In this document: piece by piece, positions 1 to 10,934 of the stretch | How positions within the stretch are numbered: position 1 is the stretch's first letter | How the letters are laid out: each line of letters opens with the position of its first letter | Assembly (NCBI GenBank): GCA_963845755.1 | Contig: CAWJTV010000019.1 | Location: 64,001 to 128,000, forward strand | DNA: 64,000 bases | Reading direction: 5' to 3' | DNA from: an uncultured Planctomycetota bacterium | GTDB taxonomy: Bacteria; Planctomycetota; Planctomycetia; Isosphaerales; Isosphaeraceae | Program-made: the position numbers and the translations under genes | Notes under the pieces: model-generated | Told to the model about the DNA's origin: nothing | What the model saw: only the letters and a program-made list of their open reading frames with translations | Databases searched by the model: none

Positions 1-62
1 TCGGCCCTGGGCTGTGCGTCTGGATGAGCGTTCATGGGTCCATCTCAGGGTCCCGGTCGGTC

Positions 63-716
63 CTATGTATTTGGCTCAAACCCGGCTTCACCGAGATCCA
101 TCAAGACCTCACGCAGCCGGCCGAGAATCCGGGACTTGGCGATGTAGACTGCGTTGGGAGTCATGCCGAACTCGGCGGCAACATCGGCCGGCCTCCGGTC
201 CTCGACCACCACCAGCCGAACCGCCTGATAACTTCGAGGCTCAAACTCGGAGCTGACCAATCGAAGAGCTTGTTGGACCAGGATCTGCCGATCGGACGCT
301 TCGTCCGCATCCGTGTCCTGGAATCCCTCGTCCGCATTGTTGGGGATCTGGCCGAGGGCGCGTTGCGCATCGGTGCCGCCTACCCCACACGGTTCTTCAC
401 GGGAACGTCGGAAGTAGTCTCCCAGCTTGTATCTTGTAATGGTTTTCAGCCAGCTTCGGAAGCTCGGACCGGGCCGCTTCTGAAACTCTCCGATCTTCTC
501 CCACACCGTTTTGAGGACTTCTTGAAGAATGTCCTCCGCCCCCGTTCCGGTCACGCCTTGGCGTCAACAATTCGCCCGCACGACGGGCGAATACAGGTAC
601 ACCAGGCGTTGCCAGCCCTCCGGCTCGCCTTGTTTCACTCGATCGAGGAGGCTCCAGGACGTGGACGGATACCCTCGACTTCGCTCCACCCCTTTGAGAT
701 CGTCGGGGTCTTTCAC
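63..716 (-). pseudogene. ECF-type RNA polymerase sigma-70 factor with an internal in-frame TGA at 564-566
   Basis: From GTG 716 it reads MKDPDDL..STSWSLLDRVKQGEPEGWQRLVYLYSPVVRANC*RQGVTGTGAEDILQEV..SFRSWLKTITRYK..DVAAEFGMTPNAVYIAKSRIL (sigma regions 2 and 4). The stop may be a sequencing error. Confidence 0.8.
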
Positions 717-901
717 GATGTAGTCCACTCAAGCCGCACAATAACTACCGGACAGGTGTCCAGAATAATGCTGGTCTACACTGCGGGCTGGCCCGATCCT
801 ATCCTACACGAGCCGCAGGCGCGGCGTCAGCAAGTGTCTCGGGACCAGCGATGTGATTGCGGTTGAAACCGGAAAGGTCGCCAGAGCGACGGCACGCCCG
901 C

Positions 902-1702
902 TCACTCGGGGTCGTCGTAGACGGTCCAGCCTTCGGCGGCGGCGTTGCGCTGCTTGATGTATCGGGCATCATCGGCGAACAGGAAAGCGACGAAGATGCC
1001 GGTCAAGGCGCCGCCAACATGGGCGAGGTAGGCCACGCCTCCCGAGTCGGCACCTCGCTGGAACGATCCGGCGCCCATCCAGATCTGCATGGCGATCCAG
1101 CCGCCGATGACGACGGCCGCCGGCAGCATGGTGATGAAACGGAACACGAGCACGCGGATCTGGTTGCGCGGGAACCACACGACGTAGGCCCCCATGATTC
1201 CGGCGATGGCGCCGGAGGCCCCCAGGTTGGGGATGTCCGATTGGGCGTTGGCCGCGATCTGGGCCAGCGAGCCCATCAATCCGCACGCCAGATACACGAT
1301 CGAATACCGGATCGAGCCCAGGACCTCCTCGACGTTGTCGCCGACGATCCAGAGATACAGCATGTTGCCCAGCAAGTGCAGCCAGCTCCCGTGGAGGAAC
1401 ATCGACGTCAGCAGCGTCCAGCGGACCGGGATCGGGGTCGCGAAATGCTCCAGGGGCTCGTTGCGCACCTTCCATTGGGCGCCTCCGAATGCGTCGGGCA
1501 CCAGGACCCGGACCGGTCGCTCTCTGGGTTGGACGAGGTCCTGATTGTGGGTGATCTCCCAGGGCGTCATCGCGAAGGCGCGCGTGAATTCTTCCCCGCG
1601 GTCCTCCTGGACCAGGAAGATGGTGACGTTGAGCGCGATCAGGAGATAGGTGACGATCGGCACAATCCGCGTGGGCTGCAAGTCGCCGAGGGGAAGGACC
1701 AT
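902..1702 (-). CDS. Rhomboid family intramembrane serine protease
   Basis: SMFLHGSWLHLLGNMLYLW, GASG catalytic Ser motif, AHVGG catalytic His; multiple TM segments. Confidence 0.93.
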   Translation of the reverse strand: MVLPLGDLQPTRIVPIVTYLLIALNVTIFLVQEDRGEEFTRAFAMTPWEITHNQDLVQPRERPVRVLVPDAFGGAQWKVRNEPLEHFATPIPVRWTLLTSMFLHGSWLHLLGNMLYLWIVGDNVEEVLGSIRYSIVYLACGLMGSLAQIAANAQSDIPNLGASGAIAGIMGAYVVWFPRNQIRVLVFRFITMLPAAVVIGGWIAMQIWMGAGSFQRGADSGGVAYLAHVGGALTGIFVAFLFADDARYIKQRNAAAEGWTVYDDPE

Positions 1703-1745
1703 GGTCGAAGTTCATCCTGTGAGGTGGTCGGAAGTCGTTGCCCGG

Positions 1746-2655
1746 TCAAATGGGTTCCCGTCGCGTGGCGAACGGCCCGGGGATCTCGACAGCCAGGCGC
1801 CGGGCCCATTGGCTGAGGGATTTCCAGGCCGATGCGGGAACGACGATGCCGCGCTCGTGGGCCTCGTGGCGCCGGGCGTCCCAGACGTGGGGTACGAGCC
1901 GGCCGGGCGTCTCGTCCTGGTCGTGCAGGGCGGCGACGACCCGCTCATGGAAGGCCGACAGCGGTTCCCACGCGGTGACCGAGATCGCCGCGAGGATCCA
2001 GCTCTCGGCCGGCCTGAAGACGTCGCTCCCGAGCCAGAGGGCTTCCAGCCGATCGAAACCGGGAACGGATTCCCCGGGCCGTGACACGGGGTGCTTCGCC
2101 GCCTTGCCAGGCGTCCGGGGCGGGTGCGGCTTTCCGGCAACCTCGGGACCGGCCAGCCCCGAGTCGATCACGACCGGCAGCCCGGCCTCGGAAGGTAACG
2201 CCATGCTCCACAACCGATTCGGTCCGAAGGCCAGGCCGGCCATCGGCCCCAGGGCGATCCCGGCCACCACCGCCGCCGCCGAGCCGAGCGGCCTCAGATG
2301 ATCCACCCGCACCAGCCCCACGGACGTCTCACGCCGCCTTTTCGACGGCCAGTTCGGCCGCCCGCTCCAGAAGCAAGGGCGGCAGCCCGTTCTCCCCATC
2401 AAAGACGGCCAGTGCCGAGCGTTCGCCCACCACCCGACCCATCGACCTGGGATCGACCTGGCCGTTCTCGATCGCTTCCAGCCAGTCCGGGAGACTCGCG
2501 GTGCCCAGGTTCGCGGCACCGGCCGCATCGAACCAGAGCAAGTGCGAGGCCATCGCCAGGGCTCGGGCCGGTGTCAGTCCGCAGCCGATCCCCAGCGCCG
2601 CGGCAAACCGGCGCAGATCGTCGAAGTCGAATCGTGGGCTTACCGCGGTGGACAC
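1746..2655 (-). CDS. Ldh_2 (malate/L-lactate/ureidoglycolate dehydrogenase-like) family protein, frameshifted near 2335
   Basis: N-terminal DDLRRFAAAL..AMASHLLWFDAAG..AVFDGENGL..AAELAVEKA continues in another frame as RETSVGLVRVDH; divergent member. Confidence 0.6.
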
Positions 2656-2988
2656 GTTCGTCTCGATCCCCAGGCGGTCCAACGGTTAACCCGCGGCTCG
2701 CACCGCCGGTCTCGGAGGGCGTACGAGAAGCGTTCTCGCGTCCCGGGAAGAGACGCTCACGACCGATTCCCTCCCACAACGACCCAGTTTGTGACGGAAA
2801 CCCCGGAAACCCTGGGACTTGTGTCGCGACCGATCGCCCTGCCCCTCACGCGGCAGGCGACATCCCGCCACCCCTCCCGGGATTCTCGGATCTCGTCACA
2901 GGTTAAAGTCGAGCGGCGAAAAGTGCAAACCCTCCCTCTCACTCATCCGCCTGCCGCGCGGGGCCCACGCCGAGAATCCTGATCGGGT

Positions 2989-3540
2989 CTACAGCACGGG
3001 CCGGGCGGGCTTGCCGGATGCGGGGCCATCGGTCTCAAACCGCTCCCACTCGCGACGTACGCAAGACAGACCGAAGGCGCACAGTTCGAACTGCTCGCTG
3101 AGCCGTCGCAGGAGCGGCCCCTCGGAACCGCCGTCGCTGAGAGTGGAAGCGAGGTAGTAGGATCGTTTCCCCTGCTCCTGGTAGCTGATGAGCGAATCCG
3201 CCGAGCCGCTTCCCCTCAGCTTGCTCAGCGCCTCCGGATAGACACCCGTCCAGAACAGGGTGTAGTCCCCGACGTGCCGGTGACATTCACGCCGTCGGGC
3301 CGCGTCGCTGGCCAGCTCGGCCGCCGCGATCATCGCCGCAACCTCGGTCAACGGACGACCTTGCGGATCACGCAGCCGCCAGACGGTTTGACTCGGCACG
3401 AAGTTCGCCAGCAATTCGGCCACGTATCCGACCAGCGGCGGATCGCCGATACCTAGTTCCGTCATGAACGCGTATTCGGTCAGGCCCCGGAAGAGCCGAT
3501 GCAGCGCATGCGATTCGGGGATCGCTCGCAACCTATCCAT
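2989..3540 (-). CDS. Conserved hypothetical protein (planctomycete type)
   Basis: 183-aa ORF with coding-like composition; RECHRHVGDYTLFWTGVYPEAL and YQEQGKRSYYLAS blocks; function unknown. Confidence 0.75.
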   Translation of the reverse strand: MDRLRAIPESHALHRLFRGLTEYAFMTELGIGDPPLVGYVAELLANFVPSQTVWRLRDPQGRPLTEVAAMIAAAELASDAARRRECHRHVGDYTLFWTGVYPEALSKLRGSGSADSLISYQEQGKRSYYLASTLSDGGSEGPLLRRLSEQFELCAFGLSCVRREWERFETDGPASGKPARPVL

Positions 3541-3744
3541 TGAGGGCGCTCCTCACCCAATGGTTTGGACAGCGTGGGAAAGAAGGACGACCGAGGTGCA
3601 TGGCTAGCGGGGTCAATCTGAGAGAAGCGAGAAGGGTCAACTCGAAGAGTCCTAGCAAATCTTACGCCTTGTTTCGAAATCGATCAACCGGCAATTCTTC
3701 TCAAAGGGTGTACGAGGTGTACGAGAAAGAGCGCAACCAGAGAC

Positions 3745-4482
3745 TCATCGTCCTCGTTCTCGGTTCGCTGCGCCGTCCAGACGTCGCCAGGTCCGGGCCG
3801 GGTCGGCCAGGACGATGCTCAGGAGGACCATCCAGAGGCCGAACAGCAGGAAGGATACGGTACCCAACGAAGCGATGACCAGGGCATGGGTCGTCAGAGG
3901 AAGCACGGGGCCGCCGCCCAGCTCCAGGCTGCGCATCAGGAGGAACGCGATGAAAATCACCGATAAGGCGACGAAGCCGATCAAGGTGAAGAAAAGCGGC
4001 CGGATCCAGGACTCGATGACGCGGTAGGACATGGGATGGAAGTGGGACAGGCCGGAGTCCGCGGGATCGATGGCCTCGATCTCGTCGGAGCTCGGTGCCT
4101 CGGGCTCGAGAACGTCGGCGCTGACCGCGTGCCAGTCGTCGCTTGAAGCGCCGGGCTCGTCCTTCAGTGCGATGGTCAACTCATAGTGAGAGTCGCCCGG
4201 CCCCAGCTTGCCCATCGACGATTCGGGCTCGTCGAAGGTGGCGACGAAGCCCTCGGCCAGGAAGAGGGCCGGATTCTCGCGAGTCCGGCCGGCCACCGGC
4301 GTCTCGAGGCCCGTACCGCGCCAGGGACCGATCTCCTTGAGGCGGGGCTCGATCGCTTTGAGGGAAGCCTCCGGCATCGGGAAGTTCGCCTGACATTTCC
4401 GGCAACGCAGGCTGTTCGCCGCGGGGACGAGGTGATCGGGCAAGTAGCCCATTCGACCGCAGTTCGGACACCGAATCTTCAT
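3745..4482 (-). CDS. Zinc-ribbon membrane protein
   Basis: MKIRCPNCG..LRCRKCQANF (two CxxC), acidic linker, two C-terminal TM helices; GAGGAG upstream of the ATG. Confidence 0.75.
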   Translation of the reverse strand: MKIRCPNCGRMGYLPDHLVPAANSLRCRKCQANFPMPEASLKAIEPRLKEIGPWRGTGLETPVAGRTRENPALFLAEGFVATFDEPESSMGKLGPGDSHYELTIALKDEPGASSDDWHAVSADVLEPEAPSSDEIEAIDPADSGLSHFHPMSYRVIESWIRPLFFTLIGFVALSVIFIAFLLMRSLELGGGPVLPLTTHALVIASLGTVSFLLFGLWMVLLSIVLADPARTWRRLDGAANRERGR

Positions 4483-4843
4483 GGCCAACTCCTCTTGAAG
4501 GCCATCCTGGCAGCGCCGCCGCTCATCTTGCAAGTTCCAAGCCCGCATTCCAATGGCGTGTGGACAAAAAGCATCATCCTGGTGAGCGATGGGGCGAATC
4601 TCTCCGGATTCCGATCGTGCCGTCGGCTCTAGGTCGCGGATCCCCGGCATTGTGCGAGTCGACGCCGGGGCGAGAGAAATGTCGAGTTACCGGCCTGAGC
4701 CGACCTCCTGAAACGGTGCGTCAGGTTGGAGTAGACTGATGCGGATTATGACTTTGTGGTCAAGTCCTCTTAGGGTCAATTACTTCACCGGGTCCGGCTT
4801 GTCAAGTGCGTGGTGCCCGGCCTGGAGACGATCCGAGGGCGCA

Positions 4844-4902
4844 GTAGCGTGGGTGAGACCCACCAAGACATGGCCCGATTCCGGCGAGTTTCCCCCACCC
4901 TG
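4844..4902. repeat. Degenerate GTAG-type REP-like palindrome
   Basis: GTAGCGTGGGTGAGACCCACC ... GGCGAGTTTCCCCCACCCTG imperfect inverted arms just downstream of mgtE. Confidence 0.5.
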
Positions 4903-4931
4903 AGGGCCGGTCGCGGTTCTCGACCGGTTTC

Positions 4932-6311
4932 TTACAAGATGGTCCCTCGCAGGACGACCGTGGCCACGGTGAAGTAGATGATTAATCCGGTGACGTCAAC
5001 GAGGGTCGCGACGAAGGGGGCCGAAGAGGTGGCCGGGTCGAAACCCAGGCCTTTCAGGAGGAAGGGAAGCATGGAGCCCGTCAAGGTGCCCCAGATAACG
5101 ACTCCCAGCAAGGCGCCGGCAACGGTGAGACCCAGGAGAATCCAGTGCTCGCCATAGACATGCGAGACGCTGCTCCAGGCCGCGATCCGGAGGAATCCGA
5201 TGGAGCCCAGGATGGCCCCGAGCATCAAGCCGGCCAGGAGCTCCCGGCGCAGGACCCGCCACCAGTCACGGAGACGGACCTCACCCAGGGCGAGGGCCCG
5301 GATAATCAGGGTGGCTGCCTGAGAGCCGGAGTTTCCTCCGCTGGAGATGATCAGCGGAATGAACAGGGCCAGGACCACCGCGCGGGCGATCTCGGCCTCG
5401 AAGTAGGCCATGGCCGTGGCGGTCAGCATCTCCCCCACGAAGAGGATGACCAGCCAGGAGGCGCGCTTCCGGACCATCGCCGGCAGTGAGGTGCCCAGGT
5501 ACGGATCGTCGAGCGCCTCCAGGCCGCCGAATCGCTGGAGTTCTTGCGTCGCCTGCGCCTCGACGAGGTCCAGCACGTCGTCCAGGGTCACGATCCCGGC
5601 CATCCGGCCGTGCGGGTCCACGACCGGCAGCGCCGTGCGATCGTATTTGCGGAAGACCTGGACCGTGGTCTGGGCATCGTCGGTCACCCTCAGGTTGACG
5701 CACTGGCCGTCCGTCACGTCGGAGACGCGCGCGTGCAACGGGGCCAGGAGGACCTCACGTATCCGCAGGTCGTCGATCAGTTTATTCTGATCGTCCACGA
5801 TATAGATGACGTTCAACGTCTCGCTGTCGCGGCCGTGGGCCCGGACGTGGTCCAGGACGTGCCGAATCGTCCATTCCTTGCGGACGACGACATAGTCCGG
5901 CGTCATCAGCCGCCCGACGCTCCCCTGGGGATAGTCGAGCAGCCTGCGGGCGACGGCGCGCTGCTCGGGATCGAGCAGCGCGATCAGGCGATCGGACTGG
6001 TCGGGCGGCAGCTCGGCCAGCAGCGCCGTGCGGTCGTCCGGCGCCATCGCGTTGAGGATCTCGGCCGACTCGGCGTCGGACAGGGCATCCAGGATCTCGC
6101 ACTGGGCGGAAAGGTCCAGGTATTCGAAGGTCTCGGCGGCCCGGGCCGGCTGGAGCAGGCGGAAGATCCGGATTCGCTCGCCGGCCTCCAGCGCACCGAC
6201 GAGCTCGGCGAGGTCCGCCGTCAGCCAGCGATTGACGACCGCCGTCAGCGTCGGCTCGTCCCCGGCCGCGATCAGCTCGCGGATCTCCGGCAATACCAGC
6301 TTTCCCAGCAT
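4932..6311 (-). CDS. mgtE: Magnesium transporter MgtE (alternative start 6386)
   Basis: MgtE_N domain, CBS pair (GRLMTPDY, LPVVD..GIVTLDDV), SSGGNSGSQ and DPATSSAPFVATLVDVTG membrane motifs. Confidence 0.95.
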   Translation of the reverse strand: MLGKLVLPEIRELIAAGDEPTLTAVVNRWLTADLAELVGALEAGERIRIFRLLQPARAAETFEYLDLSAQCEILDALSDAESAEILNAMAPDDRTALLAELPPDQSDRLIALLDPEQRAVARRLLDYPQGSVGRLMTPDYVVVRKEWTIRHVLDHVRAHGRDSETLNVIYIVDDQNKLIDDLRIREVLLAPLHARVSDVTDGQCVNLRVTDDAQTTVQVFRKYDRTALPVVDPHGRMAGIVTLDDVLDLVEAQATQELQRFGGLEALDDPYLGTSLPAMVRKRASWLVILFVGEMLTATAMAYFEAEIARAVVLALFIPLIISSGGNSGSQAATLIIRALALGEVRLRDWWRVLRRELLAGLMLGAILGSIGFLRIAAWSSVSHVYGEHWILLGLTVAGALLGVVIWGTLTGSMLPFLLKGLGFDPATSSAPFVATLVDVTGLIIYFTVATVVLRGTIL

Positions 6312-6375
6312 GGCTCGACGACTCCGGTCCACGTGATGAGGCGAAGGTCCAGAGGCTGCATCGGTCCCGATCCGA

Positions 6376-6717
6376 TCAGCGCCCATTTCGATCAGCGTGC
6401 TCGATGACGAGGTAGATGACCGTCGCCACCAGGAACAGGGCGCCCATGGCGATGGCGTAGAGGATGAACAGGAGCATCGGGCCCAGACGCGATTGGAGCC
6501 GACGACGGGCGACCCACCAGCCGGCCGCGCCGATGATCGCATACAGCACGAAGCCCCCGGCCGCCAGGGCGACGAGGGTGGGCTCGTGCACGCGCTGGTC
6601 CTGGATCTGGGCGATGGCGACCGCCACGAACAGGACCAGCAGCGCAAGGTGCCAGATCCGGGGTTGATACCAGCGCGCACCCCGCTCGGGTGGTGGAAAC
6701 GATTGGGCTTCGGTCAT
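6376..6717 (-). CDS. Small membrane protein (3 predicted TM)
   Basis: 113 aa with three hydrophobic segments; AGGA upstream of the ATG; lies between the kinase gene and mgtE. Confidence 0.7.
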   Translation of the reverse strand: MTEAQSFPPPERGARWYQPRIWHLALLVLFVAVAIAQIQDQRVHEPTLVALAAGGFVLYAIIGAAGWWVARRRLQSRLGPMLLFILYAIAMGALFLVATVIYLVIEHADRNGR

Positions 6718-6768
6718 GGTGTCCTGAGTTGGTTTGCGGGATCGTGAGGTTGTCGTGAAGAATCCCCG

Positions 6769-9756
6769 TCATTTGACGGGCGGCCCGCCCAGCTCTTGCA
6801 GACGGCGGCGGAGCTCCCAGAGGACGAGCTGGTCGATGCGGCGGATGGCGTCCCCGTCGTCGAATTCGAGCTCGGTCGCGACGCGGACCCAGCACAGAAT
6901 CCGCTCGGCGTCTCCGGGGATGGGGGCAGGGACCCGCCAGTATCGCGCCATCCCGTCGGCACCGGCCGTTGCGAGTCGCCGGCCGTCGGGACTGAATGCC
7001 AGGGCATGGATGGCGCCGCGATGCTCGAGCGGGGGGCCGATCGGCAGGCCGGTGGCGGCATCCCAGAGCCGGACCGACCCGTCCCGGCTGCCGGTGGCGA
7101 CGATCGAGCCGTCGTGGGTGAACGCCAGGCAATCAACGCGTGCCCGGTGCGCGAGCGGCTCGCCGATCGGTTTGCTGGTGTTGAGATTCCAGATCCGCCC
7201 GGTCCCGTCGTGGCAGGCCGTCGCGACCGACTGGCCCGTGGGGCTGAAGGCGACACGGCCAACCTCGGCGCGATGGGCGAACTCCGCGACGAGGTCCCAC
7301 CGGGCCGCATCCCAGAGTCGGGCGCGTCCATCGCTGCAGCCGGTCAGCAGCGTCCGGCCGTCGGGACCAAACGCCAGCGTGGGGACGGCCGCATCGTGCC
7401 GGAGCGTCGGGTCGAGCCAGCGTCCGGTCGCCGTCTCCTGGAACCAGACCGTGCCGTCATCGCCCGCGGCTGCGAGCGGCGTGCCGTCGGGATGGAACGC
7501 GATGGCCAGGACTCGCGCGATTGTGCCGCGCCGACGACGTCTCGCCGATCGGCTGACCGGTTGCGGCATCCCACAGGCCTGGGAGGTCCGCCCGGCTGGC
7601 CGTCGCGACCCTCGAACCGTCGGGGCTGAAGCACACGTCGGTGATCGGGACGTCCTGGCGGTTCGAAACGCCGAGGGCTGCGCCGGTGACGGCATCCCAG
7701 CGCCAGAGCACTCCGTCGTTGCCCGCGGTGGCGATCATCCGCCCGTCGGGGCTGAAGGCGATCGTCAAGACGGCTCCTTGGTGATTCAGGGGAGAGGCCA
7801 GGGGGCGCCCTTGGCGACGTCCCAGAGCCGGCCGGTCCGATCGGCGCAGACGGTCGCCAGGCTCCGCCCATCGGGGCTGAAGGCCACGCCGTGGACGAGG
7901 CCGTGATGCGCGAGGCATCGTTCCATCAGTTTCGCCCCGGCATGCCAGCCGCCCAGGCTGGCGCGGACGGCGCGCTCGAGGCCCGGCGAGTCGGGCGGGA
8001 TGCTCTCGAGGGCCCGGGCCAGCCAGAGCAGGCCCTCGCCGTGCAGCTCGTGGCCGAAGAGGTTGTGGGCGCGCTCGATGCAAAGCCGGGCCAGCGACCG
8101 CTTCACGTCATGGGTCGCCTGCTCCTGCTCGCTGCGATATCGGACATCCGCCATCCAGGCTTCGATGCCCTCGGCCAGGGCCGTCGGGGTGGCGTGGCGA
8201 TCCTCCGGCTGAAGTGCCATGGCCTTGAGGCAGATCGTCTCCAGCGCCGGATCGATCGACCGCCGCAGCCGTCGCGGCGCGGGGAAGACGCCGTGGCGGA
8301 CCCGTGTCAACACGTCGGCAACTCCGCCCGTCGGAAAGGGGCCATGTCCCACCAGCAGGCAGTAGAGCGTCGCCCCGAGGCTATAGACGTCGCTGGCCGG
8401 CCCGACCCGGTCCCGATCGCCCGACGCTTGCTCGGGGCTCATGTACTGCGGTGTCCCGATCGCCGAACCGGGGCGGGTCAAGGAGGAATCGTCCTCGCCC
8501 GCGAGCGGATCGACGGAGCCTTTATCGGCCGCCTCATCCCCGCGTTCTCCGAACGGCTTGGCAATCCCCCAATCGACGACGAGCGTCTCGCCGAACCGGC
8601 CGAGCATGATGTTCTCAGGTTTCAGGTCGCGATGGACCACGCCACGACTGTGCGCGTAGGCGACCGCGTTGCAGGCGTCGATGAGGCTGCGCAGCAGGCG
8701 ACGGAACCCGATCTCCCGATCGCCGGGCTGGCGCGCCGATCCCGACGCCTCGTGGAACCGCTCGATCGCCTGTTTGAGGGTCTCTCCTTCGATGAACCGC
8801 ATCGCATAGTAGGGACGTCCGTCGGCATACTGACCCAGGCCGTAGACCGGCACGATCCCCGGGTGCTCCAGCCGACCCGTGACCTTGGCCTCCAGCAGGA
8901 AGCGCGCCTGGCTGACCGGATCGTCCGCGCGATCGGCTCGCATCTCTTTCAAGGCGACCTGGCGATCCAGCTCGGGATCGAGCGCGAGGAAGACCTCGCC
9001 CAACCCGCCTTGCGCATGCGCCCGGACGATGCGGAACCGCGCGTTCGTACGGCCGGGGTCGACGGGGTGATGCGTGGTCTGATGGGATCCTTGATAGGCG
9101 ACGGTGGCGGTGAGATCCGCGGATCCGATCGAGACTGCGTCATCGCGCTCCGCATGACCGGTGCCTCCGAAGACCGGGCCATCCAGCGGGATACCGGAGG
9201 CACACAAGGGACAATGTGAAGGCTCCCAGAGGTGGTTCGGCAAGGATGCGAGGCTTTCCAGAGAGGCGCCCTCGCTCGCGGCGAAGGGCGAAGCCGATGA
9301 CCCGAGAACCAGCAGCGCGCCGACGACGACCGGTCGCGCACCGCAGGCCTTCAATGCCGCGAAGGCCCCGCGAACCGCGGACCCGGCGTTGATGACGTCG
9401 TCCACGACTGCGATCATCTTGCCACGGACGATCGAACGGAGCGCTTCGGGAATGCGATAGCCGATGGGAAATAGGCCGTCGCTCTGCGGTCGGGCGAATT
9501 GCTCCGCGAACGTGAACGCGACATCGATTTCCTCGGCGACCATCTGCGACAGGAACGCGCCCTCGACCAGGGGGCCGCAGACCGCCTCGATGCCGTGCGC
9601 GGCGAGCCGATGAGCCAGTTCGACTGCGAACGGCCGGAGACGGCCAGGGTTCAGGTAAAGCCGGGGTATCTCCAGCCAGAGGTCGCCATGATGGCCGGAT
9701 TCCAGCCGGAAGTGCCCCTTCCGCGGTGCCAGGAGGCTGAGGAGTTCTTCCTGCAT
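6769..9756 (-). CDS. Apparent fusion of PyrE-like phosphoribosyltransferase, Hanks Ser/Thr kinase and WD40 propeller (frameshifts near 7800 and 7520)
   Basis: N-terminal GHFRLESGHHG, VVDDVINAGSA (PRPP-binding) and CPLC; kinase motifs GGLGEV, VALK, HRDLKPEN, DWG, GTPQYMSPEQ; about 9 WD repeats (AFSPDG..LWD) over three frames; AGGAG RBS. Confidence 0.8.
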
Positions 9757-9931
9757 CGGATCATCTCCTGCACCGGTCCGCCGTCGATCCCCCGCTGCAC
9801 GAGCTGGGGAATGTCCCCGTCTTCACCTCATCCCCGAGGAATCCAGTCGCTAGCGATCAGGATCCCCGCGGGGTAGCATGTCCTGGCGGAGCAGGGCGCC
9901 TGTTACCTCGGAACATCCAAGGATACTAACC

Positions 9932-10923
9932 ATGAGCGATCATCTCGGCAAAGGCCACCTCGCGCGTTCCGATCGGAGAGGGTTCCTCAAGCGAATGGGA
10001 CTCGGGGCGGCGGTAGGGCTGGCCGGCGGTGCTTCCAGTCGCGCCCAGGTGGCGAAGTCGGGCCTCGACGAGCCGACGGCGCATCCGCGGCGGACTTCCA
10101 TCGGCGTCTCGACCTATTCCTTCTGGCAGTTCCGCGGTCGCCGCCTGGACATCGTGGATTGCATCGACAAGGCCGCGGCCATGGGGTTCGACGGCGTGGA
10201 GGTCCTCCACATCCAGATGGCGGACGATTCGAACGCGACCCTCCAGAAGATCAAGCGACGCGCTCACTCACTCGGGCTGGCCTTGATGGGGTTCTCCACG
10301 CATCAAGGTTTCGTCACTCCTGACCTGAAGGATCGCCAGGCGAATGTCCAGAAGACGCTCCACCAGATCGACGTCGCGTATCGGCTCGGCATCCCGACGA
10401 TGCGGATCAACACCGGCCGGTGGGGTACGACCCGATCGTTCGACGAGCTGATGACCCACAAGGGGATCGAGCCCGCACTGCCCGGCCATAACGATGAAGA
10501 GGCGCTCAAGTGGGTGATCGACTCCCTCGAGAAGCTCCTGCCACGCGCCAGGAATGCGGAGTCGTGCTCGGGCTGGAGAACCACTGGGGCCTCGGTCGCA
10601 CGGCCGAAGGCGTGCTGAAGATCGTCGAGACCATCAAGTCGCCATGGCTCCAGATCACGCTGGACACCGGCAACTTCCTCGAGAACACCTACGAGCAGAT
10701 GGAGCGCATGGCCTCGAGCTCGGTCCCGCTGGCGCTGGTCCAGGCCAAGACCTACTTCGGCGGCGGCCGATGGTACGCCCTCGAGCTCGATTATCCCCGG
10801 ATCGCCGGTATCTTGCGCAAGCACAATTACCATGGCTGGATCTCGCTGGAGTTCGAAGGCAACGAGGACGCCCAGACCGGGGTTCCCAAGAGCCTGGAGG
10901 TGTTGAGGAAGAGCTTTGGCTGA
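9932..10923 (+). CDS. Tat-exported sugar phosphate isomerase/epimerase (xylose isomerase-like TIM barrel), frameshift near 10550
   Basis: DRRGFLK Tat motif; GFDGVE, LGLENHWG, LDTGNF, ISLEFEG motifs. Confidence 0.88.
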
Positions 10924-10934
10924 AGCGGACAGAA

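Noticed and set aside
564..566. Selenocysteine or alternative genetic code at the sigma-factor TGA
   Set aside because: Not a redox-site context, and TGA is used as a normal stop throughout the window
6312..6768. M-box (Mg) riboswitch upstream of mgtE
   Set aside because: The space is occupied by a coding gene and no leader motif was recognised
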